A DNA stretch of 40,139 nucleotides from Candidatus Bathyarchaeia archaeon. Its GTDB lineage: Archaea > Thermoproteota > Bathyarchaeia > Bathyarchaeales > Bathycorpusculaceae. Each line of letters begins with the position of its first letter. Positions within the stretch are counted from its first letter, which is position 1. This document shows positions 26,757 to 34,871 of this stretch, piece after piece. The notes under the pieces were generated by a model. It was not told where the DNA came from and searched no databases. It worked only from the letters and a program-made list of their open reading frames with translations. The position numbers and the translations under genes were made by a program. Location of the stretch: contig JAVZLH010000009.1 of assembly GCA_038883855.1 (NCBI GenBank), positions 1 through 40,139 on the forward strand, given 5' to 3'.

Positions 26757-27362
26757 GTGCAGATAAAGATAGATGGGAAAATCTTAACGTGGCTTTTGAT
26801 TGGTATGCTAATAGGCGTGCTAATCCCACTGAGCATTTTCTACGTGAACAATACAGCGTTAAAAACTGAGGATGCAAGCGAAGAAGGGAACACAACAATA
26901 ATTAGCGTATACCGCGAATATCGAATGGTGGAGCCTGTATATGGAGTTGAGCAGTATGAGATACCTTACTGGTATTACTTAGATGTTGAGCATAGAATCT
27001 ATCCAGAATCAATCACTGTGCAACCGCATTCAAAAGTAACTCTTGGAATAGAGTATACATGCAATATTTTGGGACAAGGCGATTGGAACGTTCAACCATC
27101 AGACAATGTAAAGCTTATAGTTGAGGTGCCGCGCATGCCGTCAAACTGCTCCATCGACAGCTTTCTTGACACACTCAGCGACAGCGGTAATCGGGAATTC
27201 TCTGTTACGATAGAGTTTATCAACCCAAACAATGCGGAGTGGAATGTGGGCAGACCATTAGTGAAGGTTCTCAACATGCAGCTTGGAAATTCTTCTGCTA
27301 GCGAAATGCCAGAAGTTGAAGTCATTATTGAAACGTCTATGCACACATATCCTTTAACTTAA
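26757..27362 (+). CDS. Hypothetical membrane-anchored extracellular protein
   Basis: N-terminal TM helix, beta-rich body with NxS/T sequons. Confidence 0.65.
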   Translation: MQIKIDGKILTWLLIGMLIGVLIPLSIFYVNNTALKTEDASEEGNTTIISVYREYRMVEPVYGVEQYEIPYWYYLDVEHRIYPESITVQPHSKVTLGIEYTCNILGQGDWNVQPSDNVKLIVEVPRMPSNCSIDSFLDTLSDSGNREFSVTIEFINPNNAEWNVGRPLVKVLNMQLGNSSASEMPEVEVIIETSMHTYPLT

Positions 27363-27395
27363 GACCACATGGCGCGTCTGGTTTGAGGGAAACAG

Positions 27396-27968
27396 ATGAA
27401 GAAAGCCTTAGCGCTAACGGCAACACTATTAATCCTGGCACTAGCCCCCTACACGCTTAACAACCTAAGAAAACCGTCAACCATAGCGTTTGCTCTAGGA
27501 GGAATAGAATCATGCAACAGCACAGGCGACACGGTCAACGAATTTAATTCAAGCGAAGCAGTATACGTGAAAGGAAGCGGTTTAGAACCAGGCGGCATAT
27601 ACCACATCTACATAGTTAGAGACTATCAAAATTGGACGCTCTCTGAAACCTACATCTCAGACCTTTACATAGTGGCTGGACCAATAATTGTGGATGTTAA
27701 CACCAGCGGCTACATTGAAAATCAACCAGTGCTAATATGGGAGTCAGCCAACCTAGGCGAATACGACATATGGGCAGATTCTCAGACCGACGGCATAATA
27801 GACTTTTACGACGAATGCGACGCAATAGACGACCTCGACGTAAACGATTCTGGTTTGATTGTTATTTCAGAAATGCTTCTAATAGCAGTTCCCATATTGT
27901 TCGCTTACTCGCTCACCATCGCATTTTTCAAACGAAGAAACGTCACACCGTGTATTGATTGTTTTTAA
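27396..27968 (+). CDS. Secreted/cell-surface protein with C-terminal anchor (PEF-CTERM-like)
   Basis: Signal peptide MKKALAL...; acidic Dx-rich segment; VISE + TM helix + FFKRR. Confidence 0.7.
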   Translation: MKKALALTATLLILALAPYTLNNLRKPSTIAFALGGIESCNSTGDTVNEFNSSEAVYVKGSGLEPGGIYHIYIVRDYQNWTLSETYISDLYIVAGPIIVDVNTSGYIENQPVLIWESANLGEYDIWADSQTDGIIDFYDECDAIDDLDVNDSGLIVISEMLLIAVPILFAYSLTIAFFKRRNVTPCIDCF

Positions 27969-28350
27969 TACTATGGTGTGAAATGCGCTTTCAAAAATGG
28001 ATATTCCAAGGTCTGAGAATGCAAATCCACCATTTGCATTCCGGCATCTGAGAATGATTTCGGATGTTTATTTCGCGTATCGTAGGTGTTCACCAAGCAT
28101 GTTTAGCGTTGACACTCCATGTATGGAGGTGAAACCGTTTTGCATAACTATGAGTCCTCATAAGGCTTTTCGCAAGTCCTCATATATTCAAGGGTTTTCT
28201 TAAGGGACTTGATAGGATAACCCAAATTAAGCAACGAAGCAACAGCATGGTAAGCTGAATTCAGATTTAAATGTGCATGAACCCAAAAACCGCCGTCGTT
28301 ATTTTTGAAGTTCAGTAGCCAACCTCAGCATAAAGTCAACTGTTCCGAAT
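27966..28350 (-). pseudogene. Degraded prenyltransferase/squalene-oxidase-repeat protein gene
   Basis: WLLNFKNNDGGF..., TLEYMRTCEKPY*, ILRCRNANGGFAFSDLG with stops and frameshifts. Confidence 0.65.
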
Positions 28351-28561
28351 TCGACTTTACAATCTCCTTTTATCGAAACACAGGTCGCTGAGGAAGTTTT
28401 TCAAAAGGTAGAATGCGGAAAGAAAGGATAAAAGTCGTCTATTGAAAGGTTAACTTTTCCCAAACGACGTCTTTCATGGACTACTTTGAACAGAATTAAC
28501 AACGGGATGTGAGAATGCGAATAAAAGAAAAATAGAAACGAGTTTTTGCGAAGCTTATCTT

Positions 28562-29482
28562 TTACTCTAATGCCCGAAGTTTGTTTGCTTTCTCTTCGAT
28601 GAGTCGGCGGCTTGTTTCTGGCACCGGAAGATACGGCAACGCAACCTCGCCGCCCTTGCACCCAGCTATGTCCACCATGGCGTGTAGGATGCCTTGCACA
28701 TAGTCCTTCATTTTAACTCCTATGGTGTCGAACCCGTAGCCTGGTGCTGGTAGCAATTTGTAAACTTTTAGAACCCAAGGATCAAACCACTTTCCTTCCC
28801 TGCACATTTTGTAGAATTTCTGAAACACTTTAGGCGCCATCCAACTCCATTGCGCCACGATTCCCTTGGCTCCCAGCATCGACAGCCGCCAGAACTGTCC
28901 CTCAGTGAAGGAGAAAACATTTATTTTGTCCGCGATTTTTAACAGTATATCGTCGGGTTCTGTAGCACCTTCCTTTACAGCCTTCACGTGTTCTAATTTA
29001 AGTAAGACTTGCTCCCAGAAAGTCGCGTCATGATTGAACCCCGTGAAGTTTGGTTCGTTGTAGATCATTATTGCCATGTCTCCTTTGATGGCATCGTTAA
29101 GCAACTGCCAGAACTTGGCGGCCACTTCGCGGGTTACTGGAAAACCGTATCCTGGGACAAGCGGCATTACGGCGTCCGCACCGGCGTCTTCGGCGTACTT
29201 GGTGCGTCTTATGGCCTCTCTAGCGCAAAGGGCTGAAGTTCCTATAACGCACGCAATTTTCCCGTTGGCAGCGTCCACGCTTACATCGGTCACCTTGTTA
29301 AATTGTTCCTCACTTGGAGCGTGATGCGACCCCATTGATCCAAAAGCTATGAAGCCTGGAAAGCCATTTTCGATGAGATATTGAATGTTTTCCCTAATGG
29401 CCTCATAATCGACCTCTTGGTTTTTCTTGAGCGGAAAAGGCGTCAGCGGGAATATTCCTTCCAAAATTTTTGTCTTAGCCAT
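28562..29482 (-). CDS. DHDPS/NAL-family class I aldolase/lyase
   Basis: GIFPLTPF, GSMGS, AEDAGADAV, MIYNEP, VKAVKEG Schiff-base Lys; ATG 29482 preferred. Confidence 0.88.
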   Translation of the reverse strand: MAKTKILEGIFPLTPFPLKKNQEVDYEAIRENIQYLIENGFPGFIAFGSMGSHHAPSEEQFNKVTDVSVDAANGKIACVIGTSALCAREAIRRTKYAEDAGADAVMPLVPGYGFPVTREVAAKFWQLLNDAIKGDMAIMIYNEPNFTGFNHDATFWEQVLLKLEHVKAVKEGATEPDDILLKIADKINVFSFTEGQFWRLSMLGAKGIVAQWSWMAPKVFQKFYKMCREGKWFDPWVLKVYKLLPAPGYGFDTIGVKMKDYVQGILHAMVDIAGCKGGEVALPYLPVPETSRRLIEEKANKLRALE

Positions 29483-29673
29483 TTTAGCGAACCTCAATCT
29501 GAGGGTAAATAGTTGTCTATATAAATATTGCTGAGCAAACAACTAAAGTTGAATGATATCCCGGGATAGATTCGCCAATCGGTATAAGTATCGGATTAGT
29601 TCAGACTACTGCGTAAAACGTTAGGAAAATTAGAAAAATAGGTTTGCGGAGTCAAGATTCTGTTGCTATGCTG

Positions 29674-29715
29674 CGCATGGAATATTCAAAGAGTAAATTG
29701 AAGCCCGTTGCGGCA
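29674..29715. repeat. 42-bp direct repeat, copy 2; orphan 5' fragment of the 25811-26596 gene
   Basis: Minus strand encodes AATGFNLLFEYSMR, then SIATES-stop. Confidence 0.95.
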
Positions 29716-29760
29716 TAAGGATGGTTTTCCTATCAGCTATTTTCTACCCAAATTATCGTT

Positions 29761-30960
29761 TCATTTTTGCGTTATTTTGGATGAAGCGTTTAAAAGTAGA
29801 AGCGTGGCTGCGGCTTGAGTTAGAAGGGCATAGAGGACTACCGAAAGATAAGGTGCTCTCAAATCCACCATTAGGCCGTATACTGCCCCGTTAATGAGGA
29901 AGCCCACGCCGTAGGCTGTGTTAAAAATGCCGTAGGCTGCGCCCCTTGAAGACACTGGAGTGAATTTTGAAACTGCAGCGCGGTAAATAGACTCTTGCAT
30001 TCCAAGCACTAAACCAAAAAACACAGCTGCAACCACAATTACTGTTAAGTCTAAGCTTCCCATAACAAGTAAGGGTGGCAAAAGCGAAAGCATGAAAGGC
30101 ATAAATAAAACTTTTAATCCAAACTTGTCGTAGGCGAATCCAGCAGCCAACGCCGTGGGCGCGTCAACGCCCTGAATTAATAAGTAGATTAGGGGCGCAA
30201 GCCATTCTCCGCCGGTTGGCTTTAGAATTTCTGAAGCTTTAAGCAATATTATTGTGTATGGCAAAAGCCCTACGGTGTTGAGCAAAACGGCGAAAGTGTA
30301 AAAGTAGAAAACTTTAGGCAAAGCGGCTCTGCGCATCTCTGTTTTTTGCGGCTCAACTGGAACAGTCTTTGAGCCTATCTTCTTATAGGTGTAAGCTAAA
30401 ACCGCCATTAGCGCTAGGAACGGTATGAATAGGAAGCTGAGGGTAACGTTGTAGTTGGCTGTAAAAAGCATTAGAAATGTCACTATTATGGGTCCAAGGA
30501 TGGCTCCAATCTGGTCTAGTAGCTCGTGGATTCCAAAGGCTTTTCCAGCTCCAACATCCCTGCTTATAACTGATAAAATCGTGTCTCTGGACGGTGACCT
30601 AAAGGCTTTTCCAAGCCTCTCAGTCAAAATTAGAACTATCGCCACTTCTAACCCTAAAGGAATTCCTAAGAGGGGAATAGCCACAATTAAGCCGTATCCT
30701 AGAAAAACGAAAAGCCAGTAAGCCCGCGTTGCATCCACCAAAAACCCGCTTACAAGCCTAAAAACATAGCCTAAAAAGTCGCCTAATCCGCCGACAAAGC
30801 TGATAATGAATGCTGTAGCGCCTAAAAGTTCAAGGTAGCTGGGTATGATGCCTCTGGAGCCTTCGTAGACAACATCGCCCATTAGACTTACTATTCCGAG
30901 GAGCAGAATAGCATAATAAGCATTTTTCCGACTGTCCAAACTTGCTTTTTCATTGTGCAT
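29761..30960 (-). CDS. MFS transporter
   Basis: About 12 TM; SLMGDVVYEG, ERLGKAFRSPSRD, GFAYDKFG. Confidence 0.92.
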   Translation of the reverse strand: MHNEKASLDSRKNAYYAILLLGIVSLMGDVVYEGSRGIIPSYLELLGATAFIISFVGGLGDFLGYVFRLVSGFLVDATRAYWLFVFLGYGLIVAIPLLGIPLGLEVAIVLILTERLGKAFRSPSRDTILSVISRDVGAGKAFGIHELLDQIGAILGPIIVTFLMLFTANYNVTLSFLFIPFLALMAVLAYTYKKIGSKTVPVEPQKTEMRRAALPKVFYFYTFAVLLNTVGLLPYTIILLKASEILKPTGGEWLAPLIYLLIQGVDAPTALAAGFAYDKFGLKVLFMPFMLSLLPPLLVMGSLDLTVIVVAAVFFGLVLGMQESIYRAAVSKFTPVSSRGAAYGIFNTAYGVGFLINGAVYGLMVDLRAPYLSVVLYALLTQAAATLLLLNASSKITQK

Positions 30961-30984
30961 TTGTTGATTCGCCAGCCAAGCTGC

Positions 30985-31281
30985 CTATTTCTTCCTCTGT
31001 TCCAAAAACCTTTTTATCGCCTTCTCATGCTTTTCCAAAGACTTTTGGAAAGCCTCTGAGCCGTCCTTTTCCAGCCAGTTCAAATAAGCCAAACTCACAA
31101 CTATAACGTCTGCTATGTCAACTTCAATGTTTTTGCCAAGCCTTCCCTCTGTAACGTATTTTTCGGCGATTTGTCCAACCTGTTCAGCTAAAAGGGCTAT
31201 AAAGAAGCTTGATGTGAAAACCTCTTTTTTGTGTGCATCGTAAGAAATTCTTTTAACAGCTTCCTGTGCCTCTTTTAACAT
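30985..31281 (-). CDS. MazG-like all-alpha NTP-pyrophosphatase-fold protein
   Basis: LAEQVGQIA...EVDIADV pattern resembling EExGE...ELAD. Confidence 0.55.
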   Translation of the reverse strand: MLKEAQEAVKRISYDAHKKEVFTSSFFIALLAEQVGQIAEKYVTEGRLGKNIEVDIADVIVVSLAYLNWLEKDGSEAFQKSLEKHEKAIKRFLEQRKK

Positions 31282-31350
31282 ACATTTTTCTCCTTCAGTT
31301 TAGCCTTTAAACTGTTTCGGTATATAAACCTAAAAGATGCTCAAACTTTG

Positions 31351-32111
31351 CTAAGTTTTTGCTTTAGCCTTTTCTAATTCTTGTGTTATTTCCTTCAGAA
31401 TTTGTGGTTGAAGAACGAAAATGTCTTTTGGGTCTTCCACGTAAATGTAGAACATGTAGTGTCTAGCCAAACTGGTTAATCTTGACTGTAGGAATTCTGG
31501 TTTTTTAGGCAGTTTTTCCGCGTAACGCCCTATAACCTTATTTAGTAATGTTTCAAGTTTTTCTGTGGATAGGCTGTAGTCAAAGGTTAATTCAAGTCCG
31601 TAACAGAATAGGTTTGATTCTTCGCCTCTGAAACGGAAGTTTGTTATGTCTCTGTCCAAAATCCTTTGAGTACTAATGGAAACTACGGTGTTTGAGGAGT
31701 TAAAATTTTAGCGTAGTTTAAGGTTATTTCCTGCACTATTCCTTCAACGTTGTCGATGCGAACATAGTCGCCAACCCTGAAGGGTCTTGTAACCCAAATG
31801 AATAAACCCGCTATCAAATTTCCAATGGTGCGGGTGGAAGCGAATCCGACGGCGGCACCGCCTAAAGCTGAGAAACTAATTAGCATTTCTGAGGATACTC
31901 CTCCAACACGGAGAAGCGCAACAGCTACGCCCACAAGTATGATGAGTCTACCCGTTAATATGAGTCCGTTTCCAACGTCGGGCGGCATTTCCGTCTTTTT
32001 TATAAGTCCCCTTAACCATCTTGTGATGATACGTTCTAAAATTACCGCCACAGCAGCTATCACAACTAACCAAACTGCTGTAGCCCAATCGACGTTTTCA
32101 ATGAAAGACAT
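31351..32111 (-). pseudogene. MscS-family mechanosensitive channel split by a single frameshift
   Basis: 31683-32111 has TM helices, GAAVGFA, RPFRVGDYV; shifted frame continues SNTVVSISTQRILDRDITNF into 31351-31659. Confidence 0.75.
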
Positions 32112-32261
32112 GGCGTCTCAACCCTATCGTGTGTCTAGCCTAAATTTAACTTTATCCTAGTCTTAAGCTTGAAGCGTTTAGGTGAAATTAAAGTTTTGTA
32201 AGCGAAAGCTTTTATTTAAAGCTCTAAAAATACTTTGGCAGCATTTAAAAAGATGGTGTTT

Positions 32262-32969
32262 ATGGCTTTGCAGAAAGGCGACTTCATAATCCTTGACTAT
32301 ACAGCTAAAGTGAAGGAAACAGGAGAAGTTTTCGACACAACAAAAGAAGAAGTGGCGAAGAAAGAAAGCCTATACAAGGAAGGCGAAATCTACGAGCCGA
32401 AACTCGTAGTTATCGGAGAAGGTTGGGTCCTCAAACCTTTAGACGAAAGCCTAACAACAATGGAAGTTGGCAAAACTGCGACTATTGAGATACCGCCTGA
32501 AAAAGCCTTTGGACCGAGAGACCCTGAGAAAGTTAAACGCGTTCCTTTAAGGCACATCACAGAAAAGGGAGCGACGCCGAGGATCGGGATGCAGGTTGAA
32601 TATGATAATAAATTAGCTACTATCCGAGCCATAGGAGCAGGACGTGTTCTATTAGATTTTAATCCTCCTTTGGCTGGGAAAACCCTAGTTTATGAGGTTA
32701 CAGTCAATAAAAAGCTCGAAACGCAGGAAGAAAAGATAGCCGCCCTCATCCACCGCCGAATACCAACAGTTGAAGCTGAGAAATTCAAATTTGCTGTGAA
32801 GGCGAAGGTTGTAAGCATAGAAATGCCCGAAGAAGCATTCTACCTCGAAGGCGTGCAAGTTGCAAAAAGGGGAATAGCCCTAGACATACAAAAGTTCTTT
32901 CCAGAAATAACAGCCGTTAAATTCACTGAAACCTTCAAGACAGAGTCTAAAACAAAAACTCAAGCCTAA
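32262..32969 (+). CDS. Long-type FKBP peptidyl-prolyl isomerase (SlyD-like)
   Basis: GEVFDTT, IPPEKAFGPRD, LDFNPPLAGKTL. Confidence 0.93.
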   Translation: MALQKGDFIILDYTAKVKETGEVFDTTKEEVAKKESLYKEGEIYEPKLVVIGEGWVLKPLDESLTTMEVGKTATIEIPPEKAFGPRDPEKVKRVPLRHITEKGATPRIGMQVEYDNKLATIRAIGAGRVLLDFNPPLAGKTLVYEVTVNKKLETQEEKIAALIHRRIPTVEAEKFKFAVKAKVVSIEMPEEAFYLEGVQVAKRGIALDIQKFFPEITAVKFTETFKTESKTKTQA

Positions 32970-32973
32970 TTCA

Positions 32974-34035
32974 CTAGATAACTCCTGTTGCTTCAGCAAC
33001 TTTTCTACAAGCTTCAACGCTTAAATTCAATTTGTTAAGAATAGTGTATCTTTCAGGTCTTATGGACTGGGCTAAGGCTAAAGCCTTAACAATATCCTCT
33101 TCCTCCACTCTAAGCTCTTTCGCGTTTGTAGGCGCCCCCAAATTTTTCAACGCTTCCCTTATACGCCTCCAGTTCATTTTGTGTAAATAAGCCATCATTA
33201 TCGCTCCAACACCACATTGTTCTCCGTGTAAGGCGTGATTAGTCCTTATCATGTCAAGGGCGTGGCTGAACAGATGCTCGGAGCCGCTACATGGGCGGCT
33301 GCTTCCAGCGATGCTCATAGCCACTCCACAGCTTATTAACGCTTCTAATAGTATTCGTAGGCCTTCCTCGTTTTCTGGCTTAATGATTTCAGCGTTTTTA
33401 ATTACAAGCTTGGCGCTCATCAGGGCTAAGCTTGCTGCGTATTCGCCGTAATACTCGTTTTTCTCTTCACGCGCCAACTCCCAGTCTTTAACCGCTGTGA
33501 GTTTTGCGATTACGTCTGCACAACCGCTTACCGTGAAGCGCCAAGGAGCCTTCATTATAATGTTTGTGTCAGCTATGATGACTATTGGCGACTGCGCCAT
33601 CACAGAATAGGGTTTCTCAAAGCCTTTAATAGATGATAAAGGGCTTGTAATTCCATCGTGAGAGGCTGTTGTCGGAATGCTGATGAAAGGGACGTTTTGA
33701 CGTGCAGAACTCAACTTTGCCACATCTATTTTTGTTCCGCCTCCAACACCGAAAACAACTTGCGGTTTCGAAGCTCTAATTTTCTCCTCAACAGCCTCGA
33801 CATCCCTCACAGTTGCGGTTTCAACGATGAGGGTTTCAACGTTTATCCCTTCTTCTTCAAGAAATTTTTGTACGGTTTTTCCAGCGACATCGTATGTTTT
33901 TGAGCCTGCAATTACGAAGGCGGATTTTGTGAACCCTAACCGTTGAGAAACTTTGGCGACATACTCTATAACCCCGCTTCCTAAAATAACTTCTCTCGGC
34001 AATTGCATCTGATGGTGTTTCAAAGACAAATTCAA
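32974..34035 (-). CDS. egsA: sn-glycerol-1-phosphate dehydrogenase
   Basis: GVGGGTKIDVAK, PTTASHDG, SSRPCSGSEHLFSHALD, HGEQCG. Confidence 0.96.
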   Translation of the reverse strand: MNLSLKHHQMQLPREVILGSGVIEYVAKVSQRLGFTKSAFVIAGSKTYDVAGKTVQKFLEEEGINVETLIVETATVRDVEAVEEKIRASKPQVVFGVGGGTKIDVAKLSSARQNVPFISIPTTASHDGITSPLSSIKGFEKPYSVMAQSPIVIIADTNIIMKAPWRFTVSGCADVIAKLTAVKDWELAREEKNEYYGEYAASLALMSAKLVIKNAEIIKPENEEGLRILLEALISCGVAMSIAGSSRPCSGSEHLFSHALDMIRTNHALHGEQCGVGAIMMAYLHKMNWRRIREALKNLGAPTNAKELRVEEEDIVKALALAQSIRPERYTILNKLNLSVEACRKVAEATGVI

Positions 34036-34218
34036 TCACTCTTATGTTGTGCATCATCTTTTTAATTTCATAGAGGGTAGTTGTTTAAAGCTTTTAAATC
34101 TGTTGTTTTGTCAAGCTTTTCGGAACCGCAATATTAATAAATCTCATGGTTATGATTAAATGATGCTGCTTCCTAGCGAAGTAACCACGATGCGTTTAGG
34201 TTTTAGGAGAAAATAGAA

Positions 34219-34857
34219 ATGGTAGATAATAACTCATTCAATAAATTAGTGTTAAAGGGAACAACAACCCTTGGAGTTGTATGCAGGGACGGTGTCATGT
34301 TGGCTTCTGACACCAGGGTGACAATGGGCTTTTATGTAGCCCACAAACACGGCAAAAAGGTTTACAAAATTGACGACCACTTAGCCATGACCATCGCTGG
34401 AACCCTTGCAGATGCGCAGAGAACCGTTGACATATTGACGGCGAACGCGCAGCTTTACAGAATTAACATGGGCAGGCCAATGCCAGTAAACTCCGCCGCC
34501 AGACTTGTGGCAAACCTATTATTCTCATCCAGATATGTGCCCCTGCTTACGCAAGTTCTAATCGGAGGAATTGACGACACTGGACCGCATATCTATGCCC
34601 TAGATCCATTTGGCAGTTTAACAGAGGAAAAGTGTGTCGCCACTGGTTCTGGTTCGCCAATAGCCTACGGCATCTTAGAAGACAAGTATAGGGAAAACAT
34701 GTCAGTTAAGGAGCTTTTACCTATTGTCGCTAAAGCCGTTAATGCAGCTATGAAGCGTGATGCGGCGAGCGGAGACAGTTTCAACATTGCAATTATAGAC
34801 GAGAATGGTTACCGCGAGCTAAGCGATAAGGAAAAGAAAGAACTTCTAGCAAGTTAA
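34219..34857 (+). CDS. psmB: Proteasome beta subunit
   Basis: Propeptide ending KG/TTT, ATGSGS, RDAASGD. Confidence 0.97.
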   Translation: MVDNNSFNKLVLKGTTTLGVVCRDGVMLASDTRVTMGFYVAHKHGKKVYKIDDHLAMTIAGTLADAQRTVDILTANAQLYRINMGRPMPVNSAARLVANLLFSSRYVPLLTQVLIGGIDDTGPHIYALDPFGSLTEEKCVATGSGSPIAYGILEDKYRENMSVKELLPIVAKAVNAAMKRDAASGDSFNIAIIDENGYRELSDKEKKELLAS

Positions 34858-34871
34858 GGAAGTATAAAAGC

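Noticed and set aside
27997-28203. 68-aa plus-strand ORF
   Set aside because: Antisense to the prenyltransferase-repeat relic; no recognisable features
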